In this document: one piece after another, positions 28,858-39,080 of the stretch
How positions within the stretch are numbered: the first letter of the stretch is position 1
Layout of the letters: each line of letters opens with the position of its first letter
Translations under genes and position numbers: made by a program
Origin: Treponema sp.
Lineage (GTDB): Bacteria > Spirochaetota > Spirochaetia > Treponematales > Treponemataceae
Direction: 5' to 3'
DNA length: 64,000 bases
Assembly: GCA_024693045.1 (NCBI GenBank)
Contig: JAILLQ010000038.1
Coordinates: forward strand, 86,978 to 150,977
Notes under the pieces: generated by a model
Seen by the model: the letters and a program-made list of their open reading frames with translations, nothing else
The model's database searches: none
Told to the model about the DNA's origin: nothing

Positions 28858-29733
28858 ATGGAATTTTTAATATCAGTAATTATTTCGATTCTAAGAAAGA
28901 ATTCTAAACCTAAGGCAGAAAACAGTCGCCATGCAAAAAGAAGCTGGAAAAAAAGAGCCGAATTATTCAGTTTTTCAAACACCCTACTCTTTCTTTCTCT
29001 GCTCTTTCTTTTTATTCCTCTTTTTGTGATTATATTCTTTTCATTCAACGAATCGAAATCATCTACATTTACTAGATTTTCGTTCGTATGGTACGAAGAA
29101 TTATTTTTGCATTCTTCAAGACTATGGCTATCACTCTTTTACAGTGCTATAGTTGCTTTCTTTTCTGCCCTTCTAGCTACTATTTTAGGAAGTCTTGCAG
29201 CAATAGGAATCAACTGGTACAAATTTTTGGGAAGAAATTACATAAAGACGACAAGTTTTTTACCAATGGTTTTACCGGAAGTAATCATGGGCGTTTCCCT
29301 GCTCATTTTTTTGAGTGGAATCCACATGAATCTTGGACTTGTTACAATTATCATCGCCCATACAACCTTCTGTCTTCCATTTGTATTCCTTATGGTAAGT
29401 GCACGAGTAGACGAATTTGACTATTCCATCATAGAAGCCAGCCGTGACCTTGGTGCAACAGAAAAAGAAACTCTATGGCTTGTAATTATCCCTGCAATTA
29501 TGCCTGGAATAATGAGTGGTTTTATGATGAGTATTACAATGTCCATCGAAGACTTTGTAATTACTTCGCTCGTAAACGGAAATGTAGAAACGCTTCCGAT
29601 ATATGTTTACAACATGATTCGTCACGGAGTAAGTCCTGTAATCAATTCACTTTCTTTTGTGCTCATCCTGATAATCTGTCTTATAGCATTTGCACTCAGA
29701 AAGGGACTCAAATCTTTCGCAGCCGGACATTGA
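28858..29733 (+). CDS. potC: Spermidine/putrescine ABC permease
   Basis: FSFNES, LPMVLPEVIMG, EASRDLGA, SIEDFVIT and TLPIYVY. Confidence 0.92.
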   Translation: MEFLISVIISILRKNSKPKAENSRHAKRSWKKRAELFSFSNTLLFLSLLFLFIPLFVIIFFSFNESKSSTFTRFSFVWYEELFLHSSRLWLSLFYSAIVAFFSALLATILGSLAAIGINWYKFLGRNYIKTTSFLPMVLPEVIMGVSLLIFLSGIHMNLGLVTIIIAHTTFCLPFVFLMVSARVDEFDYSIIEASRDLGATEKETLWLVIIPAIMPGIMSGFMMSITMSIEDFVITSLVNGNVETLPIYVYNMIRHGVSPVINSLSFVLILIICLIAFALRKGLKSFAAGH

Positions 29734-29791
29734 TTTATAAACTCGACATAAAAAATAAATAAATATACACTTAATACTTAGGGAGAAAAAA

Positions 29792-30841
29792 ATGAAAATC
29801 TTTTCTAAACTTTCTAAAATTGTTATTTCACTTGGATTTGCACTTGCTCTAGTTTCGTGCGAAAAAGAAAACGTGCTTAAGCTTTATAGCTGGACTTATT
29901 ACACTCCAAGTGATGTTGTTGCAGAATTCGAAAACGAATTTAACTGCAAGGTTATTGTTACTGAATATGATTCAAATGAAACCATGTTCAACAAGCTTGT
30001 AAACGGTGGAGCAAAAAGTTTTGACATCGTAGTTCCTTCACAGGACTATGTTTCTATTATGATGAAAAAAGGAATGCTTCAGCCTATCGTTCAGGAAAAG
30101 TTTACAAACAGAAGTAAAATTAATCCAAAGTTGATTGAAAAAATTACTTATGACCCTGAAATGACCTATGCCGTTCCATACTACTTTGGTGCAGCAGGTA
30201 TCAGCGTAAACAAGAAAAAGGTTCCAGCAGGAAGTTATGAACGAACATGGAACATTTTTGCAGACAGCCAGTTCAAAGGACACGCATCTATGATGGACGA
30301 CTACCGTGAAGTTATGGGAGATGCCCTTTCATACAAAGGCTACAGCGTTTGCACAAAAAATGAAAATGAACTTGCTGAAATCACAGATTTAATCAAAAAC
30401 AAATGGATTCCAAATATCGTAAAATTTGATGCAGAAGGATTTGGTAAGGACTTTGCCCGCGGAGATTTATGGCTCTGCCAGGGATATGCAGAATGTGTAT
30501 ACGGAGAAGTTCCAGAAGAAGAATGGGATGAAACTATTGATTTCTTTATTCCTGAAGCTGGCGGACCTTCTTACCTGGACAGCATGTGTATCTTAAAGGA
30601 TTCAAAAAAAGCTGAACTTGCAACAGAATTCATCAACTTTATTCACAGACCAGAAAATTATGCAAAATTCCTGGATTTCTTCCGTTTCCCTTGTTATGTA
30701 AACCTGGAAGCAGAACAGTTTATGACTTCAAAAGCTATGTATCCAGCATCAATTATGGACAAATGTGAACTTAAGAATGATTTAGGTGAAGATTTGGAAA
30801 AATACTACAGCTTGTGGGAGTCTTTAAGAATATCAAATTAA
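29792..30841 (+). CDS. potD: Spermidine/putrescine-binding lipoprotein
   Basis: Lipobox ALVSC; LYSWTYY, YDSNE, FDIVVPS, VPYYFG and DDYREV. Confidence 0.92.
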   Translation: MKIFSKLSKIVISLGFALALVSCEKENVLKLYSWTYYTPSDVVAEFENEFNCKVIVTEYDSNETMFNKLVNGGAKSFDIVVPSQDYVSIMMKKGMLQPIVQEKFTNRSKINPKLIEKITYDPEMTYAVPYYFGAAGISVNKKKVPAGSYERTWNIFADSQFKGHASMMDDYREVMGDALSYKGYSVCTKNENELAEITDLIKNKWIPNIVKFDAEGFGKDFARGDLWLCQGYAECVYGEVPEEEWDETIDFFIPEAGGPSYLDSMCILKDSKKAELATEFINFIHRPENYAKFLDFFRFPCYVNLEAEQFMTSKAMYPASIMDKCELKNDLGEDLEKYYSLWESLRISN

Positions 30842-30845
30842 ACTT

Positions 30846-30873
30846 TTGACAAATCGGTTTCTTGGGGTAAAAT
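30846..30873 (+). promoter_or_regulatory. sigma70 promoter of the GGDEF-EAL gene
   Basis: TTGACA-16-TAAAAT, then 6 nt to ATG 30880. Confidence 0.65.
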
Positions 30874-30879
30874 AGGTGT

Positions 30880-32550
30880 ATGACTGAACCGAACTTATCT
30901 TCTATCCTGGATGCTTTTTCATCCCCTATTTTGATTGCTAAACCTATTTTTGAGGGCTCCAAATTAGTAGATTTTGAAGTTCTGCTCATTAATGAAGCTT
31001 ACAAGAATACAGTAAACACTATTTCTGCCCCATCACGCCGATTTTCAGAGTTTAAACATCTTATCAACCGTGATGTACCATGGTTCGACATAGCTGAAAA
31101 AACAATAAACGGAATAATTGTTGAACCCTACACATATTATTCCGAAATAAGCCACTGCTGGTTTAGAATGCAGATGCGTTACACAACAGATAAATTAGTT
31201 GTTGTGAATGTACAAAACATCACTGAAGAAAAAAATCACGAAAGAAAACTAAAAAAAACAGCCTATCAGGATATGCTTACCGAGCTTCCTAATCGACTTC
31301 ACTTTAACGAAGACTACCCGCCTTTTATAATGAAAGCGGCATTTAACTGCACCAAAATCGGCATACTTTTAATCGACATTGATAACATGAAAAATATCAA
31401 CGATTCAATGGGACATGCTGAAGGTGATGATATCTTAATAAAGGCTGCAGAAACATTAAAACAATTTGAAAAAGGTAATATCGTAAACTATAGATTTGGC
31501 GATGACGAATTTATGGTTATTATTCAAAACCAGAATTCCTTGGATTCAATAACAAATATTACTGACACAATTTATGAATCATTTCTGATGCAGAATATGA
31601 GCATTTCCGGAGGTATATCAATATACCCGGATGATTCAAAAGATGAAGACGAACTTTTACGCTTTGCAGATATAGCCATGCACCAGGCAAAAAAAGACGG
31701 AAAAAATCGCTTTGAATTCTTTAAAACCGAAATGCAAAGACGCTTTATTCAAAAACTTAACATACAGAACCACATGACTCAGGCCGTTCTTCAGAGTAAT
31801 TTCACCCAGGTTTACCAACCACAGTTCGATGTACAGTCAGGAAATCTTCGAGGTTTTGAAGCCTTAATCCGCTGGCATGATGACGAACTTGGAGAAATTC
31901 CACCTTCAATCTTTATTCCTATGGCAGAAGAATGTGGACTTATTATTCCAATCGGAGTATGGGTATTGAATACTGCTTTTTCGACATTAAAGCGCTGGCA
32001 AGTTGAATTGGGCTTTACTGGAATAATATCTGTAAATCTTTCTCCTATACAGCTTAAGCAGCCTTCAATCATTTATGAAATAGACAATCTCTTAAAAAAG
32101 TATGAGGTCAAACCAGAATTCATAGAGATTGAAATTACAGAAGGCATTATGATTGACAACATGGATGATGCCATATCAAAGATGAAGGAACTTAAAAAAA
32201 TGGGCTTTAAGATTTCTTTAGACGACTTTGGAACTGGTTATTCATCTTTGAGTTATCTGCAAATGCTTCCTTTGGACACATTAAAAATTGATAAATCTTT
32301 TGTAAACGATATTGCCTCTCAAGACGGTGTTCAGGCGAACATTACAAATTCAATCATCATGATGGTTACAAAAATGGGGCTGGATACAATCGCGGAAGGT
32401 GTTGAGCACGATGACCAGTTTAATATTCTTAAACAGTTTAACTGCCACATTATTCAGGGCTTTTTGTGTGGAAAACCTATGACAAAAGATCGTTGCGAAG
32501 CCTATCTGAAAGGAGATTCTTCAGCACTACTTTCTTTACAAAACGAATAA
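30880..32550 (+). CDS. PAS-like / GGDEF(GDDEF) / EAL protein; probable c-di-GMP phosphodiesterase
   Basis: DMLTELPNR, RFGDDEF (degenerate), FEALIRW, SVNLS, EITE, DDFGTGYSSL, KIDKSF and AEGVE. Confidence 0.92.
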   Translation: MTEPNLSSILDAFSSPILIAKPIFEGSKLVDFEVLLINEAYKNTVNTISAPSRRFSEFKHLINRDVPWFDIAEKTINGIIVEPYTYYSEISHCWFRMQMRYTTDKLVVVNVQNITEEKNHERKLKKTAYQDMLTELPNRLHFNEDYPPFIMKAAFNCTKIGILLIDIDNMKNINDSMGHAEGDDILIKAAETLKQFEKGNIVNYRFGDDEFMVIIQNQNSLDSITNITDTIYESFLMQNMSISGGISIYPDDSKDEDELLRFADIAMHQAKKDGKNRFEFFKTEMQRRFIQKLNIQNHMTQAVLQSNFTQVYQPQFDVQSGNLRGFEALIRWHDDELGEIPPSIFIPMAEECGLIIPIGVWVLNTAFSTLKRWQVELGFTGIISVNLSPIQLKQPSIIYEIDNLLKKYEVKPEFIEIEITEGIMIDNMDDAISKMKELKKMGFKISLDDFGTGYSSLSYLQMLPLDTLKIDKSFVNDIASQDGVQANITNSIIMMVTKMGLDTIAEGVEHDDQFNILKQFNCHIIQGFLCGKPMTKDRCEAYLKGDSSALLSLQNE

Positions 32551-32554
32551 AGTT

Positions 32555-32562
32555 GCCGATAA
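32555..32562 (+). promoter_or_regulatory. Perfect sigma28 -10 (GCCGATAA), 6 nt before ATG 32569
   Basis: GCCGATAAatcagtATG; the -35 match is weak (TTAC at N15). Confidence 0.45.
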
Positions 32563-32568
32563 ATCAGT

Positions 32569-32814
32569 ATGAATGAAATCAATATGCTTTCCCTAATTAT
32601 AGAAGTTATAAAAAATCCATACACTATCGGTACAACTGTAGTCGTGATTCTTTTAATGAATTTCTGCTGTTTTGTTGCAAATTATAGAAAAAAGCCACCT
32701 ATGCCTAAAAAAGTTAAGAAAGCTGCTCCAAAGGCTGAGGCTGCTCCAGCAACACAAAATGCTTCTTCTTCCACAGAGGCCAGTTCGAATAATAATGACG
32801 CCGGTAAAGCATAA
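32569..32814 (+). CDS. Small single-TM protein with a basic, Ala-rich tail
   Basis: 81 aa; TM YTIGTTVVVILLMNFCCFVA, then RKKPPMPKKVKKAAP. Confidence 0.7.
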   Translation: MNEINMLSLIIEVIKNPYTIGTTVVVILLMNFCCFVANYRKKPPMPKKVKKAAPKAEAAPATQNASSSTEASSNNNDAGKA

Positions 32815-34450
32815 GTCGAAACCTTTTCTTTAATCGCCTGAAAAAAGTTTTTTTATGATAATTCACACTTATATGCAACTTCCATGGCCAGCCCATTATT
32901 TTTATTCTGTGCTGGCTTTTTAATGTTTCCATGATTAAAGAGTATGCTTTATGTTCCCACACATTAACCTGGGTAATCGGTCGTGTAATTGTATTTAAAA
33001 TGTAAAGTAAAAGATTTTCAAAAGTTTCTTCCGTAAAATATTTTTCTGCAAGGCATAAAAGTTTATAGGCTATTTCCGAATCTATTGGCAAATTGGAAGC
33101 CGGCATATATTTTTCACTTCTACAAACTTTAATTTCCTTGTACAAGTCATAAGCCTTTAGAGTAAAATTTATTTTTTTTAGCGGAGTTCGGTAAAAGAAA
33201 GCTTTCTCTGACCTTCTATTATATAAAAGGGAATCGCAAACATCACAGCCGCTACACACAGCTTCTTCTGCCCCAAGTGAATCAAGCAAAACCTGACGCC
33301 GACATGAAGAACCTGTTGCAAAACGACGGAGAGCAGCATTTCTGGAATTATCAGGATAAGCTGCAAATTTTATGCTGTCTTCCTGACTCCAAAGCAGAAT
33401 TGCATTAGCTACACTGCCGTCCCTTCCTCCCCTTCCGGCTTCTTGAATATATGCTTCTGCAGTCGTGGGAGCATCCAAATGCACAACAGTATGAATATCC
33501 TTTTTATCGACCCCCATTCCGTATGCACAAGTGGCACACAAAACTGCATCTTTCTGATTAAAAAACCACTCTTCTACTTCAGTTTTCTCATCTCTTTCTA
33601 AGCCGGCATGATAAAATTTTGCAGTTTTATAGCCGTAGGCAGTATTTAATTCCTGAGCCATATCTTCTGTTCTGGAACGACTTCCACAAAAAATTATCAT
33701 AGGACGGGCTTCACTTTTTGCAAGTATAAGGGCAGCCGTTTTTTTTGAAGCAACATGTTTTACATAATAATGAATATTTGGACGGTCACTTTCACTCCTT
33801 ACTATATGAGCTTCTCCATCAAAAAGAACCTGAGCAATTCTACTAAGGACTTCAGGAGATGCTGTTGCTGTAAAAGCTGTTACAACTGGAACTTCAAGTT
33901 TTTTTAAAACCTTTCCAAGTTCAAGATACAATGGGCGAAAAGTATCTCCCCATTCAGATACACAATGAGCTTCATCTATAGCCACATGTTTTATGTTACA
34001 TTCCGAAAGCCGGTCTAATAAATTTGAGTTTGATAGAACTTCCGGATTTGCTATTATGATTTTTGCGCCCTCTTTAATCGCCCTAAAGTTGTCTTCCCTT
34101 TCTTCTTCACTTTGCCCGCCCCGAAAAATTACACATGACATTCCCCCTTCAATCATGCGCCGGTATTGATCACTCATCAAAGCCAGAAGAGGATAAATTA
34201 CAAGGCTAGGACCATCTAACAAAAGAGCTGGTATTTGAAAGCAGAGAGATTTTCCTGCCCCTGTGGGCAAAAGAACTATCTGTTTACCTAGAACTTCCTG
34301 ATTTTCCCCAGATGCAGCATCCATAATATTTGCAATTACAAGCCTCTGCCAGGGATAAAGATATTTTATTCCGAAATTTTCATAAGCAGCGATTCCTGCC
34401 TGGTCATCTGTATAAATTTCCTCTGCATCGATTTTTAAATTTTCTTCCAC
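32714..34450 (-). CDS. recQ: RecQ family ATP-dependent DNA helicase (no HRDC)
   Basis: LPTGAGKSLCFQIP, DEAHCVSEWG, FTATA, YHAGL, QEAGRGGRDG and the Zn motif CRR...CSGCDVC; GTG start. Confidence 0.93.
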   Translation of the reverse strand: MEENLKIDAEEIYTDDQAGIAAYENFGIKYLYPWQRLVIANIMDAASGENQEVLGKQIVLLPTGAGKSLCFQIPALLLDGPSLVIYPLLALMSDQYRRMIEGGMSCVIFRGGQSEEEREDNFRAIKEGAKIIIANPEVLSNSNLLDRLSECNIKHVAIDEAHCVSEWGDTFRPLYLELGKVLKKLEVPVVTAFTATASPEVLSRIAQVLFDGEAHIVRSESDRPNIHYYVKHVASKKTAALILAKSEARPMIIFCGSRSRTEDMAQELNTAYGYKTAKFYHAGLERDEKTEVEEWFFNQKDAVLCATCAYGMGVDKKDIHTVVHLDAPTTAEAYIQEAGRGGRDGSVANAILLWSQEDSIKFAAYPDNSRNAALRRFATGSSCRRQVLLDSLGAEEAVCSGCDVCDSLLYNRRSEKAFFYRTPLKKINFTLKAYDLYKEIKVCRSEKYMPASNLPIDSEIAYKLLCLAEKYFTEETFENLLLYILNTITRPITQVNVWEHKAYSLIMETLKSQHRIKIMGWPWKLHISVNYHKKTFFRRLKKRFRLMLYRRHYYSNWPLWKKKHFVLLEQPQPLEQLS

Positions 34451-34515
34451 ATAAATTCATCATGATTTTTTATATAAAAAATGCATTTTTGAAAAAAGAT
34501 TGTTATAATTTATGT

Positions 34516-35757
34516 ATGAAAAGAATCTTTTTTTCTATCTTGTTTTTTCTTACATTGAGTTCAACTTTTGCACAAAGACTTATCACTGATGCAGATGCAA
34601 AGGTTTTCAGATTTAAATTTCACAAAAATGATCAGAGCAGAATTCTTTCTACGGTAAATGAAGATGTTTACCTGAACGGAAGATTCAATCACAGTGCAAT
34701 AATACTAAATCGTATTTCATCGGTAATAACAGATGTAGATGAAGAAGGAAGAGGAAGAGCTGACGCTGTTTTTATGACAACAGAAACTTCAGGGCGCACA
34801 TGGAATAACACAAGTTCAACCTGGGGAGAAGAATACGAAAGCGTATTCACAAGAGATGTAAGGGGAAAATACGAAATGGAAGACAGCTACTTTATGCCAA
34901 CCGTTCGTGATGTACCTGTTTTTCCACAGGAAGCTGTAAAACCTGGAGATAAATGGAAGGCTCAAGGATATGAAGCTCACGATTTAAGAAGAGCATTTGG
35001 AATTGAAAAGCCATTCATGTTCCCCTTTGAAGCAAATTACACTTATCGCGGTGACATGCATACAGAAGACGGAAGAATTGTAAGTCTGATAGAAATCAAT
35101 TATGAAATGTTTTTTACCACCCCAAACATGCAGGCCGACAGAGAAGCTATTATGCAGGCTCCAAAAATTACAACAGGATATTCAAATCAAAAAGTCTGGT
35201 GGGACAACGAAAGAGGCCAAATCGACCACTATGCAGAGGATTTTAAAATTCAAATTGAAACTTTTGGAGAAGATGTCGTTCTTTTTACAGGAAAGGCTCA
35301 CGCAGAAGTTACAGACTTCAGAAGAGCGAATACTGAAGAAAATCTAAAAAAAATTACAAATACTGTTAAAGAAATGGGGCTGGAAAACGTAGATGTAAAG
35401 GAAAGTGAAAGAGGCTTAACAATCAGTATCGAAAATATTCAATTTCAACCTGATTCGGCTTATCTTATGGACTCTGAAAAAATTAAACTTACAAAAATAG
35501 CTGGAATTCTTAAAGATTTTGAAAACGACCTGCTCATTACCGGCCACTGTGCAAAAAGAGGTAGTGTAAAAATGCAGCAGCTATTGAGCGAAGAAAGAGC
35601 CCAGGCTGTAGCAGATTATCTTTCACGAATGAATATAAGAAATCCTAACTGTATTTTTACACAGGGAAAAGGTGCTTCTGAACCTATCGACTCAAATCTA
35701 ACGGAAGAAGGAAGAGCTCGAAACCGTCGCGTAGAAATCACAATCATGGATAAATAG
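34516..35757 (+). CDS. Exported OmpA-family protein
   Basis: Start moved to MKRIFF (TGT-TATAAT, 6 nt upstream); signal peptide; C-terminal IQFQPDSAYL...GH...LSEERAQAVADYL...RARNRRVEI. Confidence 0.88.
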   Translation: MKRIFFSILFFLTLSSTFAQRLITDADAKVFRFKFHKNDQSRILSTVNEDVYLNGRFNHSAIILNRISSVITDVDEEGRGRADAVFMTTETSGRTWNNTSSTWGEEYESVFTRDVRGKYEMEDSYFMPTVRDVPVFPQEAVKPGDKWKAQGYEAHDLRRAFGIEKPFMFPFEANYTYRGDMHTEDGRIVSLIEINYEMFFTTPNMQADREAIMQAPKITTGYSNQKVWWDNERGQIDHYAEDFKIQIETFGEDVVLFTGKAHAEVTDFRRANTEENLKKITNTVKEMGLENVDVKESERGLTISIENIQFQPDSAYLMDSEKIKLTKIAGILKDFENDLLITGHCAKRGSVKMQQLLSEERAQAVADYLSRMNIRNPNCIFTQGKGASEPIDSNLTEEGRARNRRVEITIMDK

Positions 35758-35782
35758 AGAAAAAAAATCCCAGCTTTTCCTA

Positions 35783-35811
35783 TTGTCACAAGATTAGGGA
35801 TTCAATATCAT
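35783..35811 (+). promoter_or_regulatory. sigma70 promoter, leaderless hisH
   Basis: TTGTCA-17-TATCAT, then 7 nt to ATG 35819. Confidence 0.7.
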
Positions 35812-35818
35812 TTAAAAC

Positions 35819-36460
35819 ATGACTGGAATTGTAGATTATAACGCGGGAAACATTACAAGTGTAGAACGTGCCATGAAATTTATTGGAGCGCCATACATAC
35901 TTTCTAAAAATCCAAAAGACTTGGAAAATACAGACCGATTAATTTTCCCTGGTGTTGGAGAAGCTGCTTACGCTATGGAACAGCTGAAAAAAAACGGACT
36001 TGATTTATTTTTAAAAGACTGGGTTCAGAGTGGAAAAAAATTAACCGGAATCTGCCTGGGTTCACAGATTATTTTTGACTGGTCGGAAGAAGGCAATACA
36101 GAATGCCTTGGCCTTATCCACGGAAAAATAAGACATTTTTCAGCTCTATGGAAAGAGGCAGGAATCAATGCAGAAAATCTAAAATCTCCTCACATGGGCT
36201 GGTCTGATTTAAGCTACCAGAACGGAGGCTCATCTCTCTTTGAAGGAATTCCAGAACACACAGACTTTTACTTTGTTCATTCATATGTAATTTGTCCGGA
36301 AGACAGTTCTGTTATCAAAGCAAGTGCTGATTACGGAATAAAAGTTCCTGCATGTATAGAAAAAGACAACATTTCGGTATTCCAGTTCCATCCTGAAAAA
36401 TCGGGAAAATTTGGTCTCGATATTTTACGCAATTTTACTAAAGAGGATTTGTCATGTTAA
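35819..36460 (+). CDS. hisH: Imidazole glycerol phosphate synthase, glutaminase subunit
   Basis: VDYNAGN, FPGVG, GICLG, PHMGW, FYFVHSY and QFHPEKSG. Confidence 0.97.
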   Translation: MTGIVDYNAGNITSVERAMKFIGAPYILSKNPKDLENTDRLIFPGVGEAAYAMEQLKKNGLDLFLKDWVQSGKKLTGICLGSQIIFDWSEEGNTECLGLIHGKIRHFSALWKEAGINAENLKSPHMGWSDLSYQNGGSSLFEGIPEHTDFYFVHSYVICPEDSSVIKASADYGIKVPACIEKDNISVFQFHPEKSGKFGLDILRNFTKEDLSC

Positions 36461-37218
36461 AAAAGAGAATTATTGTCTGTCTTGATGTAAAAGATGGAAG
36501 AACTACAAAAGGCGTAAAATTCTTAAATAATGTAGACATAGGCGACCCCGTTGAAATGGCTGCAGAATATTACAGACAGGGGGTCGATGAGTTAGTGTTT
36601 TACGATATCATTGCTTCTGCCCGAGGACGCGGACCTATTCTTGAACTGATTTCAAAAGTTGCAAGCCAGGTTTTTATTCCATTCACAGTTGGAGGCGGAA
36701 TCAACACTATCGACGACATTCGTGCAACAATACTGGCTGGAGCAGAAAAGGTTAGTTTAAACAGCCCTGCTGTAAAAAATCCTGATTTGATAAAGGAAGG
36801 TGCCCGCATCTTTGGAAATCAGTGCATAGTTTTGGGAATGGACGTACGCCGTGATGCAAGTAAAGCAAGCGGATATGGCACAACAATCCACGGTGGTAGA
36901 GTAGATACTGGCTTAGATGCTCTAGAATGGGCTAAAAAGGCAGTTAGCCTTGGTGCCGGCGAAATCGTATTAAATTCCATGGATGCAGACGGAACAAAAA
37001 ACGGCTACGACGTTGAACTTACACGAATGATTGCAGAAAATGTACCTGTTCCAGTTATCGCTTCAGGAGGAGCAGGAACACCTGAACACATGAAAGATGT
37101 TCTTACAGATGGAAAAGCAGATGCAGCCTTGATTGCAACAATGGTTCATTCTGGAAAATACACTGTCAATGGAATAAAAGAAACTTTGTCTCAAGCAGGA
37201 GTTCCTGTAAGACTATAA
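36454..37218 (+). CDS. hisF: Imidazole glycerol phosphate synthase, cyclase subunit
   Basis: [31 protein letters not shown] and PVIASGGAG. Confidence 0.98.
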   Translation: MLKKRIIVCLDVKDGRTTKGVKFLNNVDIGDPVEMAAEYYRQGVDELVFYDIIASARGRGPILELISKVASQVFIPFTVGGGINTIDDIRATILAGAEKVSLNSPAVKNPDLIKEGARIFGNQCIVLGMDVRRDASKASGYGTTIHGGRVDTGLDALEWAKKAVSLGAGEIVLNSMDADGTKNGYDVELTRMIAENVPVPVIASGGAGTPEHMKDVLTDGKADAALIATMVHSGKYTVNGIKETLSQAGVPVRL

Positions 37219-37237
37219 GAATAAAGGGAGGTAAAAA

Positions 37238-38002
37238 GTGATTGAATTTAAACAGTGGCATGAAAACGAGGGTGTAAATTATAAATTTTTCAGTGAATGC
37301 CAAATATATTTCTGCCAATGTGACCTTCATCATAAATTGAGCCTTTTTGAATTACTTCGAATTGTAACTGATGCCGCAGTAGAAGACTTTAATCAGAGAT
37401 GCATGAGTTACGATACTCTTACTGACAATGGTATTGGAATTCTTGTAAGCAGACAGTCCTTTAGATTTCACAAGATGCCTGTAGGAAACCAGAAAGTAAC
37501 CATAAAAACCTGGGAAGAAAAGCCTCTGCCTCTGCAGTTTGTAAGAGCCTATGAAATTTGCGATCTTGAAACAGGCGAAAAACTTGTTTCTGGGATTTCA
37601 ACCTGGCTCTTAGTGGATTTAAATTCACGCCGCCTTATGAGAATTAAAGATTTTACCCTTCGAGAACCACCTCTATGGCAAAATGAACACGACTGTTACC
37701 CTGCAGATAAAATCACAGCTCCTGAAAATATGGAACTTCTTACAAGCAGACCAATCTGGTTCAGCGATATAGACGGGAACGGCCACATGAACAATGCCCG
37801 TTACGGAGCTTTTGTAATAGATTCCCTTCCCGAAGAATACCAGAAAAAAGAATTTACTGATTTTAAAATCAATTATTCAAAAGAGGCCATACAAGGGCAG
37901 AAAATCGACCTTTACGGAAATTTTAATGATCAGGAAAAGAAAATAACAATCATCGGTAAGCAGAAAGACGAAATCTGTTTTGAAAGCGAATTGTACTGGT
38001 AA
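37238..38002 (+). CDS. Acyl-ACP thioesterase (double hotdog fold)
   Basis: GTG start after GGAGGT; DIDGNGHMNNARY and INYSKE. Confidence 0.88.
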   Translation: MIEFKQWHENEGVNYKFFSECQIYFCQCDLHHKLSLFELLRIVTDAAVEDFNQRCMSYDTLTDNGIGILVSRQSFRFHKMPVGNQKVTIKTWEEKPLPLQFVRAYEICDLETGEKLVSGISTWLLVDLNSRRLMRIKDFTLREPPLWQNEHDCYPADKITAPENMELLTSRPIWFSDIDGNGHMNNARYGAFVIDSLPEEYQKKEFTDFKINYSKEAIQGQKIDLYGNFNDQEKKITIIGKQKDEICFESELYW

Positions 38003-38013
38003 CAGATTCTTTG

Positions 38014-38985
38014 TCATTTTTCCTGGGGATAAATCATGCCCCAGGATTTTCTTAACGAATCCATTTGATTCATCATGTATAAGCTTTCAGAAAGCGGCAT
38101 GGAATTGCTTTCGGTCTTTCCTTGGCTTAAACATTTTTCACATTCAAGAAGTTCGTATTCATAGCCAGTAATTTGACCAGGCATCTGAATCTCTTTTATC
38201 AATTTGTCCTGTAAATCGTAAACAGAAACTTTAGAAGGATTATTGATATTTTCGACTATTATATATCCCCCTTCTGCATAAAATATGCCCTTTCTATCAC
38301 TTCTAGCATAAATTCCAGCATTAAGAAAAGCGGCTCTTCCATCTTTGTAATAAATTGTAATGCTGTCCATGCCGTCAACGCCACCATCGGTCATAAAGGC
38401 AGAACTTTCAACTCTCTCTATATCTTTACCAAAATGCATCACTGCAAAATTTAAAGCATATATACCAACATCCAAAAGAGCTCCGCCGGCAAGTTCTGCT
38501 TTTATTACCCTTTCTTTTTTACTTATGTTATAAGAAAGATTTGCTGAAAGAGCCTTCACTTTACCAACCATACCGCTTTCAAGGACTTCGTCTATAATCC
38601 TTCGACTAGGCATATAGCGAGTCCAAAGGGCCTCTGTTAAAAACAATGACTTTTTTCTGGCAAGAGAGATAATTTTTTCTGCTTGAAGAGAATTCATTGT
38701 AAATGACTTTTCGCATAGAACGGCTTTGTTATAATTTAAAGCCAGTTCGGCAATTTCAGCGTGATTTGAATGCGGAGTTGCAATATAAACTAAATCTACA
38801 CAAGGATCTGCTAAAAGTTCCAGATAAGATCCGTATGCCTTCTGTGCAGAAAATTCTTTTGCAAAAGATTCTGCCCTATCAAAAGAACGCGAAGCTACAG
38901 CATAAAAATTTATGCCGTCCATATTATTCATCGTATACGCTAATGCACGGGCAATACTTCCTGCCCCTATTATTCCTACATTCAT
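38014..38985 (-). CDS. Gfo/Idh/MocA family oxidoreductase
   Basis: GIIGAGSIA, VYIATPH, LCEKSF, EALWTRY and GGALLDVGIY. Confidence 0.93.
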   Translation of the reverse strand: MNVGIIGAGSIARALAYTMNNMDGINFYAVASRSFDRAESFAKEFSAQKAYGSYLELLADPCVDLVYIATPHSNHAEIAELALNYNKAVLCEKSFTMNSLQAEKIISLARKKSLFLTEALWTRYMPSRRIIDEVLESGMVGKVKALSANLSYNISKKERVIKAELAGGALLDVGIYALNFAVMHFGKDIERVESSAFMTDGGVDGMDSITIYYKDGRAAFLNAGIYARSDRKGIFYAEGGYIIVENINNPSKVSVYDLQDKLIKEIQMPGQITGYEYELLECEKCLSQGKTESNSMPLSESLYMMNQMDSLRKSWGMIYPQEK

Positions 38986-39031
38986 ACTATTTTATTATAC
39001 ATTAGCTCTATCAAAGTATCGAATTTAAAAT

Positions 39032-39063
39032 AAAAAAAGTGCCATCACTGTGACAGCACTTTT
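39032..39063 (-). terminator. Terminator of ilvD
   Basis: Minus strand GTGCTGTC-acagt-GATGGCAC followed by T7. Confidence 0.8.
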
Positions 39064-39080
39064 AATCAATTATTTATTCT

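Noticed and set aside
34330-34515. N-terminal extensions in the ORF track (ompA; likewise ndk, ispH, ilvD, oppA)
   Set aside because: Promoter, SD or signal-peptide positions support the downstream starts.
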